Below are positions 38,841 to 48,792 of a stretch of DNA of 64,000 bases, in pieces. Numbering within the stretch: the first letter of the stretch is position 1; each line of letters starts with the position of its first letter. The notes beneath the pieces were generated by a model, which ran no database searches, had not been told where the DNA came from, and was given only the letters and a program-made list of their open reading frames with translations. This stretch comes from an uncultured Flavonifractor sp. GTDB lineage: Bacteria; Bacillota; Clostridia; Oscillospirales; Oscillospiraceae. The translations under genes and the position numbers were made by a program. The stretch covers positions 15,476 to 79,475 of the forward strand of contig CALWXT010000002.1 of assembly GCA_944385575.1 (NCBI GenBank), given 5' to 3'.

Positions 38841-41800
38841 TGCAGCGGATCGCCATGATGAAGCGGGCCCGGGTGTATCCCATCCTGAAGGCAAAAAAGA
38901 GCAAGGGCGCCCAGGATGTTCTTGACCGCCTGAACTCCTTCCTCAATGCCGCGGAGCCAGAGCCGGTCTACTGGCTCACACGCTTCTGGAATGACCAGCA
39001 GCAGGCCGTTACCTACAAGGAGCTGCGGGATGCCATCCAGCAGGGGTATCTTGACGAGAAGACCCTGGCAGCCTGGCAACAGGACTATGCTAACTTCGTC
39101 AATGAGCACCTGAAGGGAATCTGGCAGGACGCAGCCAAGGCAGCAAATGCCGCCCTGGAGGCGGCCCACCCCGACTTCTTCTATGACCCCATGGGGGAAG
39201 GCATTCAGAACTGGACGGCCACCCATGGCGCCGAATGGGTAACGAATATCTCCGACGAGCAGCGGGAGGCCATGGTTTCCATGATAGACCGGGCCACCAC
39301 CGGAGCCTGGACAGGTGACGAGCTGGCTCGGGCCATCCGGCCCCTGATCGGCCTGACCAAGGCCCAGGCCCTCGCCAACCTGAACTACTACGAGCACATG
39401 AAGGCGACCCTTCTGGAGAATAACCCCACCATGAAGCCCGAGACGGCAGCCAAGCGGGCCAAGGAGGCCGCGGCAAAGTACGCCGCCAAGCAGCACCGCC
39501 AGCGGGCCTATACCATCGCCACCACGGAGCTGGCCTTTGCCTACAACAAAGGCGCCGACGATGGCATAATCCAGGCTCAGCAGCAGGGCATCATCGGGAA
39601 AGCCAAGCGTGTCTGGGTGACCGCTGGCGATGATGGTGTATGCCCTATATGTGCAGCTCTTGATATGCAGTCAATCGACATGGATGAAGAGTTCGACTTC
39701 AAGGGGAAAAGCCTATATGGTGGCCAGAAGAAAACGCCTCCAGCACATCCGAGATGTGGGTGTGCTGTGATGTACGAAGTCGAGCTTCCAGACATGGAGC
39801 CAGAGAAGCCAGAGGCGCCCCCGGTGACCTGGGCAGAGCCCCAGACTCCGGAGCCTCCGGAACCCCCGCCGGTGGTGAGCGCCCCGGGGATTGGGATGCC
39901 GGATGGCATGACCCATATGGGCCATGCAAACCTGGGCGGAACCGGGGAAATGCACCTATACCGGGATGCTGACGGCCAGGACTGGCTATTCAAGCCGGCC
40001 CAAACCAAGAGTGGAACCCCAGAATCCTTCCGGGCCTATGTCCAGGAGGCGGGTTACAAGGTGCAGTACATCGTTGACCCGGACACGGCCGTTCCTGTCG
40101 GAGTCGGGGAGCTGGACGGGAAGTTCGGTGCCTTCCAGAAACGGATCACCACCATTGGGAGCGCAACGGACTACAAAGCCTGGCAGCACAATGGAGGCCC
40201 CCTTCCTGATAGCGCCGCCCAGCAGTTCCAGCGGGAGCACATCACCGATTGGCTCCTCGGGAACTACGACAGCCACGGCGGGAACTTCGTCACCGACAGC
40301 GCCGGCCGGCTGGTAGGCATTGACAAGGAGCAAGCCTTCAAGTACATCAGCAAGGACGGCGCACAGGCCATGAGCTACGCCTTCCACCCCAACAAGAGCT
40401 ACGGGGAAACGGAGCCTATCTACAACACCATTTACCGCCGCTTTGCCAAGGGAGAGCTTGACCTTGACCTCCAGGACACCCTTGTCTATATCAAGCGCGT
40501 CGAGGCCATTCCTGACAGCGAATACAGGGAGATTTTCAGGGAGTACGCCGAGTCCCTACATGGTAAGGGTAAAGAGGCCGAGGCCCTTCTGGACAGCATT
40601 GTGGAACGGAAAGACAACCTTCGGGAGAGCTACCGGTCTTTTTATTCCGACCTCCTCACCGAGCGCACCGGGAAGAAGCAGGTGTTCACTTGGGCGGACG
40701 AACTCACCCAGCAGGCGAAGCAGCCCCTGGCAGCCGTTACCCATTCCACAGACGCCCTGAAGAAGATGAATGTGGCCGAGCTGAAGCAGCTTGCCAAGCA
40801 GCAGGGCATCCCGTACTACAACAAGTTCAACAAGAAGGAGCTGGTCGAAGCCATATCCGACCCGGTAAAGGCCGTGGAGATCAGCGCAAAGACCAAGGCA
40901 AAGTTGTTGAACCTGGAGGCCACCCGTGCCGAGCGCCTGGGTCGGAAGGCAGAGAAACAGCCAAGTCCGCCTCGCTCTGGGGCCATTGACGCCGGCGACC
41001 TGTTCCAAGACTTCGGGCAGATTCCGACCCAGCGCATCGGCGTCGCGGTATCCAGCGATGAGGGCATGGTGGAGGGCCTGAACCTGACCGCCCGGAAAAT
41101 CAACCTGGACGGCCAAGATGTCTATGAAATTACCGGGAAGCTGGCTGAAGGAACCTGGTCAAAGACCTGGGACGCCCTGAAAAAGCAGAGCGAAGTAAAG
41201 CAGCTCACCTTCGAGCAGGCAGACGATACCCTGGCCCTTCTGTCTTCTCGTCCGATAAATATGCACGGCGTTGAAATCAAGGCCCGCACACTGGAGGACT
41301 CCGGCAGCACCTTCCAGCTCTATGTCCATAACGGTTCCCAGCAGTACAATGCCTGGAAGGGTTTCTTCCGGATCAGGGTGCCGGCCACCGGAAACGGGGC
41401 GGCAGACGCCAAGGCAGCAAAAAACCTCCTTGACAGAGCCGGCCTTTCCAACCTGGCTTCCACACCGTCAGCAGCGGCCGAGGCGACATTCAAGAAAAGA
41501 AGACTCCTATGGCAGCACGCCCCTGGGAGAATGAAAGAGCTGAATGGGTTGCAAGGCGCTGCTTTGGAGAGTACACTGGATACAATCCTTCGGGAGGAAG
41601 GCATTGACCCGGGCAGAGTTGGGAGAATGGTTATGCGGAAAGTGTTCGACGGCTATCAGACCCTTGTGGAAGAGGGCATCAGCTCCGAATACCAGCAGGC
41701 CGGCCTTAAATATCTATGGGCCGGCGTGAGAAGACCGGAAGCCCTTGTCGGTATGCTGAATGGAAAGGGCTTCATGTCTACCAATTCCCGCTGCCTATAT

Positions 41801-42256
41801 GGCATGGACTTCACCGGGGCAAGCCCGGGAGATGACATGAGAAGCGGAGGAAGCGACAGCGTATTCACCCGGATCGGCGTCAAAATGAAAAACGGTAAGC
41901 AGCCGCGATTCGACGACAGCTATCTCGGTAGGAATTATCGGGTCATCATCGACCCCAAAGAGTTGGAGCGCACCGACTGGTACGCATACACCAGTGACAG
42001 CTACGGAACCACGGAAGAGAGCGAACTGCTCGGGAGGAAAAAGGCTATGGATTTTATTGACGCCGTGGCCACAGCCTGGCGACCGAGTAACGAAGTCATG
42101 TTCCGGCACGGCATACCGAAGGAGCACTTCACTGCGATCCTGTGCCCGGACGATGCCAGTCGGGCCAAACTCCTGTCCGAGCTGAAGGGCGCAGGGATCA
42201 CCAAGATAAACGGGACACCAATCGAGGACTTTGTGAAAGTGGGGAACGAGATATGA
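38840..42256 (+). CDS. MuF (SPP1 gp7-like) minor head protein with kinase, Rho-N-like and ART-like extensions; candidate polymorphic toxin
   Basis: IATTE..WVTAGDDGVCPIC..HPRCGC MuF core; LGGTG/FKP/NYDSHGGN/ID kinase; MNVAELKQLAK..KKELVEAI; GFMST..VFTR..NEVMF. Confidence 0.85.
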   Translation: MQRIAMMKRARVYPILKAKKSKGAQDVLDRLNSFLNAAEPEPVYWLTRFWNDQQQAVTYKELRDAIQQGYLDEKTLAAWQQDYANFVNEHLKGIWQDAAKAANAALEAAHPDFFYDPMGEGIQNWTATHGAEWVTNISDEQREAMVSMIDRATTGAWTGDELARAIRPLIGLTKAQALANLNYYEHMKATLLENNPTMKPETAAKRAKEAAAKYAAKQHRQRAYTIATTELAFAYNKGADDGIIQAQQQGIIGKAKRVWVTAGDDGVCPICAALDMQSIDMDEEFDFKGKSLYGGQKKTPPAHPRCGCAVMYEVELPDMEPEKPEAPPVTWAEPQTPEPPEPPPVVSAPGIGMPDGMTHMGHANLGGTGEMHLYRDADGQDWLFKPAQTKSGTPESFRAYVQEAGYKVQYIVDPDTAVPVGVGELDGKFGAFQKRITTIGSATDYKAWQHNGGPLPDSAAQQFQREHITDWLLGNYDSHGGNFVTDSAGRLVGIDKEQAFKYISKDGAQAMSYAFHPNKSYGETEPIYNTIYRRFAKGELDLDLQDTLVYIKRVEAIPDSEYREIFREYAESLHGKGKEAEALLDSIVERKDNLRESYRSFYSDLLTERTGKKQVFTWADELTQQAKQPLAAVTHSTDALKKMNVAELKQLAKQQGIPYYNKFNKKELVEAISDPVKAVEISAKTKAKLLNLEATRAERLGRKAEKQPSPPRSGAIDAGDLFQDFGQIPTQRIGVAVSSDEGMVEGLNLTARKINLDGQDVYEITGKLAEGTWSKTWDALKKQSEVKQLTFEQADDTLALLSSRPINMHGVEIKARTLEDSGSTFQLYVHNGSQQYNAWKGFFRIRVPATGNGAADAKAAKNLLDRAGLSNLASTPSAAAEATFKKRRLLWQHAPGRMKELNGLQGAALESTLDTILREEGIDPGRVGRMVMRKVFDGYQTLVEEGISSEYQQAGLKYLWAGVRRPEALVGMLNGKGFMSTNSRCLYGMDFTGASPGDDMRSGGSDSVFTRIGVKMKNGKQPRFDDSYLGRNYRVIIDPKELERTDWYAYTSDSYGTTEESELLGRKKAMDFIDAVATAWRPSNEVMFRHGIPKEHFTAILCPDDASRAKLLSELKGAGITKINGTPIEDFVKVGNEI

Positions 42257-42615
42257 GCATTGACCGCCGAAAAGCCTACTACTACCGCTGGACAGGAGAA
42301 AAGAAGTTCTCTGGTATTGCCGTGGATGTCCATATCCATACTGGGCTGGACGGGAAGGAGCTTCGCTTCATATCCCCGCCGGAGCGCCCCCACGCACAGC
42401 CCGGCGCCGTGATCCGGGAGACCGCCGACGGATTCATCTTCCAAAGCGACGGATTCAAGCCCGGGGAATGGGTATTCAAAGAGCTCACCATCGAGGAGTT
42501 CCGCCGCTGGATCTGCAAGCGTGTCGGAATGGGGGATGCTATCGCCTCCAAGATTGCCACCACCGACGACCTTCACGAATGGTATCGGAAGACCTTTCAC
42601 TTCCCAACTGAATGA
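42253..42615 (+). CDS. Candidate immunity protein for the MuF toxin
   Basis: ATGA overlap with MuF stop; 120 aa; followed by terminator 42622-42655. Confidence 0.65.
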   Translation: MSIDRRKAYYYRWTGEKKFSGIAVDVHIHTGLDGKELRFISPPERPHAQPGAVIRETADGFIFQSDGFKPGEWVFKELTIEEFRRWICKRVGMGDAIASKIATTDDLHEWYRKTFHFPTE

Positions 42616-42676
42616 CCCGACAGGGGCGGGGCGCCGCGGCGCTTCGCCCTTTTTCTATGCCAAGGAGTGATTCCAA

Positions 42677-43150
42677 ATGTTTACCTTCAACGAACTGGTC
42701 GGCCGGCAGCCAGACGGCGTGAAAAAGACCGCCGGAACAATTACAGGCCGGTTCTCCATCAAAAAGGCCGACGAGGACAAACACCTGGCGTTTGGGTGGG
42801 CCTATGTATCACAGGATGAAGAGGGCCAGCAGACCGAGGACTGGTCTGGCGACCAACTGGAGCCGGCCGAGCTGGAGCAGGCCGCCTATGGGTTCGTGGA
42901 GCTCTATCGTGAAGGCGGAGAGATGCACAAAAGAGGCGGATGCGCTGTCCTGGTTGAGAGCATGGTCTTCACCACCGAGCAGCAGAAGGCCCTCGGAATC
43001 CCGGAAGGCACCCTTCCGGTGGGCTGGTGGATCGGATTAAAAGTCACAGATGATGATGTCTGGGCCAAGGTCAAGGATGGCACATACCCGATGTTTTCCA
43101 TCGAGGGCTCGGCCATCCGCGAAGAAATCCCGGAGGAACCGGATGATTGA
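42677..43150 (+). CDS. XkdF-like prohead serine protease
   Basis: FGWAYV, EMH, VES, WWIG.KV..D.W..VK.G..MFSIEG. Confidence 0.85.
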   Translation: MFTFNELVGRQPDGVKKTAGTITGRFSIKKADEDKHLAFGWAYVSQDEEGQQTEDWSGDQLEPAELEQAAYGFVELYREGGEMHKRGGCAVLVESMVFTTEQQKALGIPEGTLPVGWWIGLKVTDDDVWAKVKDGTYPMFSIEGSAIREEIPEEPDD

Positions 43151-43254
43151 CCATTTTCGTGGACTCACGAAAATGATGCAGCGATAAGCCGAGAGGCAGC
43201 GGGCGCCCGCTGCCTCTCTGTTTATATACACCACAAGGAAAGGAGGAAATCACG

Positions 43255-44490
43255 GTGCCCACCAAACTGAAAGGGCTTGAAGTGACGAAGGTGGACTTTG
43301 TAGACGCCGGGGACAACAAGCGGGCCGATGTCGTCCTCTTTAAGCGAAAGGACAACGATCAGTCCCAGACCATTCCAGCCCAGAAACCTGCCCAAGAAGG
43401 CGCCCTGAAGCGCCTGTTCACCAAAATCGCAAAGGCAATCGGCCTGCCCGATGAGGAGGTAGACGAAGCCGTTTCTGAAATCCAGAAGGATGCCACCACA
43501 TTCGACGAGAAGGTGGCCCAACGGCAACGCCGGAAGACGGCGGATGAAATCTGGGACTTCTGCTGGATGCTTCAGGACAGCCTTTGCTCTATCTTCTGGG
43601 ATGAAAACCTGACAGACACCGAGAAGCAGGGGAAAATGAGCGAAAGCCTCACTGAGTTCTCGACGGCCGTTCAGGGGGCTATCCCTAAATGGGCCGGCGG
43701 AACCCCCAGCGCAATCGCCAAAACCGCCACACCCACCATCGCACCCGAGCGCCTGGAGTTTGCCAAGCAAACCCGCGACCGCCTGGACGAGCTGATCGCC
43801 AAGGCGGAAACCCCCGACCCGGCCGAAGAGCCGGAAACCCCACCCGATGATCCTAATGCCAAGAAAGGAGCACACGAAGACATGAAGATTGACAAGAGCA
43901 AGCTGACCCCCGAGGAGCTGGCCGCTCTCGATGCAATCGAGAAGAAGGCCGGAATCCCCGACGACACCGCGCCGGCTTCCCAGCTCGGCGCCACCGAGCC
44001 CCCGGCCACCGAGCCAACCGCCAAGGCCGCCCCCGCTGCCCAGGAGCCCGCCGCCGGCACCGAAGACGATGACATCTACAAGGGCCTGCACTCCGCCGTG
44101 AAGGCCGAGCTGGAGCGGCTGCGGAAGGCTGCAGATGCCGCCGAGGAGCGGGAGCTTCAGGAAGTCGCCAAGAAGTATGAGATCATCGGCAAGAAGGCGG
44201 AGGAGCTGGTTCCCCTGCTGAAGAGCCTGAAGGCCGCCGGCGGCGACGCCTATGGCCAGATGATCGCCGTCCTGGACGCCGGCGTGGAGGCCATGGAGAA
44301 GTCCGGCATCTTCAGCGAGGTGGGCAAGCGTGGCGGCGGCGGAAGCACCAGCGGCGACGCATGGGCCCAGATCGAGAAGCACGCCGAAGCAATCCAGAAG
44401 AGCGTCCCCACTATGAGTTGGCCGGAGGCTGTGGACAAGGCGTGTGAGCAGCACCCCGAGCTCGTACATGAGTATGAGAACGGCCGATAA
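43255..44490 (+). CDS. Scaffold protein with protease-like N-terminal strand
   Basis: LEVTKVDFVDAGDN N-terminus; acidic coiled-coil body; precedes capsid genes. Confidence 0.7.
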   Translation: MPTKLKGLEVTKVDFVDAGDNKRADVVLFKRKDNDQSQTIPAQKPAQEGALKRLFTKIAKAIGLPDEEVDEAVSEIQKDATTFDEKVAQRQRRKTADEIWDFCWMLQDSLCSIFWDENLTDTEKQGKMSESLTEFSTAVQGAIPKWAGGTPSAIAKTATPTIAPERLEFAKQTRDRLDELIAKAETPDPAEEPETPPDDPNAKKGAHEDMKIDKSKLTPEELAALDAIEKKAGIPDDTAPASQLGATEPPATEPTAKAAPAAQEPAAGTEDDDIYKGLHSAVKAELERLRKAADAAEERELQEVAKKYEIIGKKAEELVPLLKSLKAAGGDAYGQMIAVLDAGVEAMEKSGIFSEVGKRGGGGSTSGDAWAQIEKHAEAIQKSVPTMSWPEAVDKACEQHPELVHEYENGR

Positions 44491-44504
44491 AAAGGAGGAT
44501 CACC

Positions 44505-44897
44505 ATGGGATATTTCGGTACTATCATCAACCCCAGCGCGACCATCACTGCCAAGGCGGCCGCCAAGATTGAGAACGGTGCCTTCCTGGCAGCTACTCTC
44601 ACCAAAGACGGCGTGGCTGTTGCCAAGGCCGGCGAGGCACCCATCGGCATCTTCATCGCGGAGACCGAGACCATCGAAGCCGGCGAGGACACCACCATCC
44701 AGGTCAAGGACATGGGCCTTGGCATGACGGGCGCTGCCGTGGACACCGGCGACCTCCTGGCTGCTGACGCCAATGGCAAGCTGATTAAGGCTACCGGCGG
44801 CGCCTTCGCCCTGGCGGTGGCCCTGGAGACGGCCACCGCCGCCGACCAGGTTATTCCCATCCAGATCAGCAAGCCCGGCTATACCGCCGCCGATTAA
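44505..44897 (+). CDS. Capsid cement/decoration protein (DUF2190-like)
   Basis: Ala/Gly-rich beta protein, GDLLAADANG..ALETA; directly before major capsid. Confidence 0.75.
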   Translation: MGYFGTIINPSATITAKAAAKIENGAFLAATLTKDGVAVAKAGEAPIGIFIAETETIEAGEDTTIQVKDMGLGMTGAAVDTGDLLAADANGKLIKATGGAFALAVALETATAADQVIPIQISKPGYTAAD

Positions 44898-44926
44898 GGC
44901 AGCTATCAGAAAGGAGACTGCAACAC

Positions 44927-45952
44927 ATGAACAACAACAGAAGCACCGTTGCCGGCATCCAGGCCGACATTGCCAAGGGCTGGAAGCCGAACAACTACCT
45001 CACCAATATGTCCATGGCCTACTTCGCCCAGGCCGGAACCTATGTCGCCCCCAGCATTTTCCCCATCTGCCCCGTGCCCCTGGCCTCCAGCTACTACTAC
45101 AAGTTCAGCAAGGCCGACCTGGCACGGGACAATGTGCGCCGCAAGCCTATGTATGGCAAGGTGCAGCCGGCCATCATGGGCCAGACCGACGACACCTACA
45201 AGTGCGAGGTCGATCAGGTCATCGTGGGTATCGACCAGATCGAGGCCCTGAACTACCAGCGCAGCCGGGCCCCCGGTGTGGCTGACCCCCGCCGGGCCAA
45301 GGTTCGCTTTGCCTCCGAGCAGATGCTCATTCATCTGGATATTGTTTTCGCCTCCAGCTTCTTCAAGGCCGGTGTGTGGGGCCAGGAGTGGACTGGCGTA
45401 GCGGCAAGCCCCAGCGGCAGCCAGTTCCTGAAGTTCGGCGACGCCAACTTTGATCCCGTCCACTTCTTCGACGAGCGGATTCGGGACATCAAGCAGAGCG
45501 GCCGCCGGACGCCCAACCGCCTGGCCCTGGGCTATGACGCTTATCTGGCGCTGAAGAACCACCCCGACATTTTGGAGCGGGTGAAGTACACCGGCACCAC
45601 CGCCAACCCCGCCCGCGTGACGCCCGCCGTCCTGGCGGAGCTCTTCGGCGTGGAGCAGGTCAAGGTTCTGGAGAGTACCTACAACGCCGGCGGCATCGGC
45701 CAGGAGGATATGCAGTTTATCTGCGACACCAACGGCGCCCTGCTGTGCTATGCCACCCCCAGCCCCGCCATCGACGAGCCCTCCGCCGGCTATATCTTCA
45801 CCTGGGATATGCTGGGCAACGGCTCTTGGACTGCCTTCGACCAGTACGACGGTGAGAACGGCACCCACAGCGAGTTTGTGGAGGGCCTCATGTCCACCGA
45901 TATGCGGAAGACCGCCGACGACCTGGCGATCTACTTCAAGGACTGCGTGTAA
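44927..45952 (+). CDS. Major capsid protein
   Basis: 341 aa; LTNMSMAY, IFP.CPV, PNRLALG..LKNHP; head-module position. Confidence 0.85.
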   Translation: MNNNRSTVAGIQADIAKGWKPNNYLTNMSMAYFAQAGTYVAPSIFPICPVPLASSYYYKFSKADLARDNVRRKPMYGKVQPAIMGQTDDTYKCEVDQVIVGIDQIEALNYQRSRAPGVADPRRAKVRFASEQMLIHLDIVFASSFFKAGVWGQEWTGVAASPSGSQFLKFGDANFDPVHFFDERIRDIKQSGRRTPNRLALGYDAYLALKNHPDILERVKYTGTTANPARVTPAVLAELFGVEQVKVLESTYNAGGIGQEDMQFICDTNGALLCYATPSPAIDEPSAGYIFTWDMLGNGSWTAFDQYDGENGTHSEFVEGLMSTDMRKTADDLAIYFKDCV

Positions 45953-45966
45953 GAGAGGAGGCCCCT

Positions 45967-46407
45967 ATGAGCGATTTTATCTGCGCCAAGGGGCTCACCC
46001 TGGGCGGCGTCGCCTACACCCCAGGCGAGGACATTCCTGCCGGGGCCGTTCTTCCCAGCCGTGTCCGGGCCCTGGTTCGCCAGGGCTATATCGTGGCAAA
46101 GGCGAAAGCGGCCCCGGCGCCCGCCCAGGAGCCCCAGGAGCCGATGCAAGTGCCGGCCCCTATCACTATCCCCCTTACCAAAGACGGCGGCGTATACGAA
46201 GTCGTGGCAGCACCTGAGGACATCATTACAGCCGTCTCTGTCATGCAGCTTACCCTTGACGAAGCCTCGAAGGTCATCGAGGACACCGAAAGCAAAGAGG
46301 CTCTAATCCTGATTCATGCCCTCGATAGCAGGAAAGGAATCAAGGAGGCCGCAAGTAAGCGCGCCGGGGCCCTGGCGGAGCCAGATGGAGGCGGGGGTGA
46401 GCCCTAA
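45967..46407 (+). CDS. Hypothetical head-associated protein
   Basis: GGAGG RBS; position after capsid. Confidence 0.65.
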   Translation: MSDFICAKGLTLGGVAYTPGEDIPAGAVLPSRVRALVRQGYIVAKAKAAPAPAQEPQEPMQVPAPITIPLTKDGGVYEVVAAPEDIITAVSVMQLTLDEASKVIEDTESKEALILIHALDSRKGIKEAASKRAGALAEPDGGGGEP

Positions 46408-46847
46408 TGCTCACTTATGTCTATGAGCCGGGCAAAATCGCGGAGAACGGGAAAGACCGTATGCGCTTCGAGCTCGGCGATACGATGGTAGAGGGGGCAG
46501 CCGAGACCTGTGCCCTCTGCGATGAGGAGTACGAAGCTGCCCTTGCGCTCTACCCAAATAGCTGGCGCCGGGCGAAGCTGGCCCTTCTGGAAAGCATCGT
46601 CCACCGCTTCTTCTACGAAGTGGACACAAAGGTGGGCCCCTTGTCACTTTCCCTCCGGCAGAGGGCAGATGCCTGGAAGCTTATGTATGACGAGCTGAAG
46701 GACGAATGCGCCAAGCTCTCGGCTCCCACCGCAAATCCGAAGGCCCTGGCCCGTCCCCCGTACTTCTACGAGGGAATGCACGACAACCGGGAGCTGGGCG
46801 GGACGGCCAAGGGTGGAAAGCGAGGTGGGCGCTTTGTTCTACCTTAG
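46407..46847 (+). CDS. Head-tail adaptor
   Basis: RFELGD..LCDEE pattern; position. Confidence 0.65.
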   Translation: MLTYVYEPGKIAENGKDRMRFELGDTMVEGAAETCALCDEEYEAALALYPNSWRRAKLALLESIVHRFFYEVDTKVGPLSLSLRQRADAWKLMYDELKDECAKLSAPTANPKALARPPYFYEGMHDNRELGGTAKGGKRGGRFVLP

Positions 46848-47193
46848 GCCTGGGAACCTATTCAAAGATTTCTGGGTGGAAAAGGCTGTTCACGGGAAGA
46901 CCGACCGCGGGCGGAAGACGGTCTCTTTTCAGGCAGAAGGCGCCCAGCATATCCTTGCCGTTCTTGCAGAAGCCAAGCCTGACGAAATAGAGAGGTTCCG
47001 GCAGCAGAGCCAGCACCCCATCACCCACACCATCACCCAGCGCGGGAGCGCGAAAGCCAAGGCGGAAGACCGCCTTGTGCATGGCGGCCGCTATTTTTAT
47101 GTCCAGGGCGTGGATTGCCCGGGAGACTTGGGCCTCTGGACTATTTACTATGCCGAGGAAAGGAGCGATGTCGATGGAGATCAACCTGGATGA
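46834..47193 (+). CDS. Head closure protein
   Basis: THTI..DRL..GRYFYVQGV..YYAEER; TTG start after GAGG. Confidence 0.6.
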   Translation: MFYLRPGNLFKDFWVEKAVHGKTDRGRKTVSFQAEGAQHILAVLAEAKPDEIERFRQQSQHPITHTITQRGSAKAKAEDRLVHGGRYFYVQGVDCPGDLGLWTIYYAEERSDVDGDQPG

Positions 47194-47593
47194 TACCGTA
47201 TCGGGGATTGTCGAAAAGATTACCAAGCAGGCAGTATCTCGCGGTTTTGTGGCTGCCAATAAGCTCAAAAAGGCTTCGCTTCTTGTGCTATATGGACAGC
47301 GCAGCGGCCGGATATACAAGCGTCCTTACTCTTCCAGCACCTACACGGCCTCTGCGCCAGGGGAGCCGCCCGCCAGAAGAACTGGCATTTTCCGAATGAG
47401 CTGGCAACCACAGGTCAAATCTTCAAAGGCCGGAAAGACTGTCAACATTCGGCCCGCCATTTGGACAGATGTGAAGTACGCCCCTACCCTGCAAGATGGC
47501 ACCAAGAAAATGGCCCCGCGTCCTTTCCAAGAACCCATCATCGAGCGGGCCAAGAATGAGATCATAGCGATATACAGCCAGCCCTTCGGCTGA
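47174..47593 (+). CDS. HK97 gp10-like neck protein
   Basis: SAPGEPPARRTG, YAPTLQDGTKKMAPRPF. Confidence 0.75.
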   Translation: MEINLDDTVSGIVEKITKQAVSRGFVAANKLKKASLLVLYGQRSGRIYKRPYSSSTYTASAPGEPPARRTGIFRMSWQPQVKSSKAGKTVNIRPAIWTDVKYAPTLQDGTKKMAPRPFQEPIIERAKNEIIAIYSQPFG

Positions 47594-47603
47594 CGGAAAG
47601 GAG

Positions 47604-47921
47604 ATGCTTATGCCGCTGCTGAAAGAGAGCGCCATTAAGGCGTTCGATACCACGGCCGTCCATGTGGGCGACTTGGTACGGGCACAATACCACACCTGGC
47701 CGGAGCCCAGAAACGGCGTCATCGCCTCCGTCAATGAGCAGGAACTGGCGGTGCTCTACCTCCCCGGCCTTCGGAATGTGTCCAACTATTTCCCCATCGC
47801 GGCCGCCGAGGTCGCAGACGGGAAGTGGACGGTGCTCTGGTCGTCTGACCTGAAGACCATCCAGGAGGAGGGCGACGCCGAGGAGCCCGGAGGGGATGAA
47901 GAAGGGGGCCAGACACCGTGA
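47604..47921 (+). CDS. Hypothetical protein
   Basis: AAGGAG RBS; packed operon. Confidence 0.6.
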   Translation: MLMPLLKESAIKAFDTTAVHVGDLVRAQYHTWPEPRNGVIASVNEQELAVLYLPGLRNVSNYFPIAAAEVADGKWTVLWSSDLKTIQEEGDAEEPGGDEEGGQTP

Positions 47922-48778
47922 CACTGGAAGACCTGATTTATTCCCGCCTGACTGGCTGGGAAGCCCTCACGGCCAAGCTGGCCCTCGTTGATGGGCAGCC
48001 GGCTATCTACTATCAGGTGGCACCGGGAGACACGGCGGACGGCTGGGACGGGAAACCGCAGTACCCCCGTATTGACTACACCGTGGATATGCAGAGCAAC
48101 CCGGAGCGCCATGCTTCAGGGGTGATGACGGCGAACATTTGGTGCAGCGAAACCGGAGAGCCTCCAGAAAGCCTGGAGCCAGAGCTTCGGGCAGCCATCC
48201 GAGATGTATTCCTTCAGCCGGACAGTGGCCCACCGTTCAGCTTGTCGTGGGCCCGCTCTGACGCCTTCCAGGCCCAGAGCCGAGAAACCCTGGTGAACGG
48301 GATCACCGTCCAATTTGACATCTACGCATTCCCCACCCAGGAAACAACTGATCCTGACCCTATCCTGGCGATAAATGAATACCTGAAGAAATGGGCCCCA
48401 GATGCCCTTGTCATCGGCAAGGACACGCTGGAGCCCTTTACCTTTGCCTCGGAGGAGCGGCCGGTCTTCTACTTCCGGCTGGCCGAGCTTTCTCTATTCC
48501 GGGAGACGAACACCGTAGCCTGGATGGACGGGGTGCTGGTGGGTCACATTTTCGCACCGGAGGAAATCCGCCTGAAATGGCTGAAGGCCCTGGCGGATTC
48601 CCTATCGCTGGATGGCGAGGTCATCATGCTGGACAAATCCCCCATGTTCCTCACCAAAATCAAGGCGGACAGCAGCGCCTCACCTCTTGCGGTCGGGCAG
48701 CTCCGCCTTTCAATCCGCTTCGGCCTGTTGCGCCGAAGGAAGTACGCACACCCGCTTATAAACACCTATCATTCGTAG
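47918..48778 (+). CDS. Tail terminator-like protein
   Basis: Position before sheath; YPRI motif. Confidence 0.55.
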   Translation: MTLEDLIYSRLTGWEALTAKLALVDGQPAIYYQVAPGDTADGWDGKPQYPRIDYTVDMQSNPERHASGVMTANIWCSETGEPPESLEPELRAAIRDVFLQPDSGPPFSLSWARSDAFQAQSRETLVNGITVQFDIYAFPTQETTDPDPILAINEYLKKWAPDALVIGKDTLEPFTFASEERPVFYFRLAELSLFRETNTVAWMDGVLVGHIFAPEEIRLKWLKALADSLSLDGEVIMLDKSPMFLTKIKADSSASPLAVGQLRLSIRFGLLRRRKYAHPLINTYHS

Positions 48779-48792
48779 GAAGGAGGAGCACT

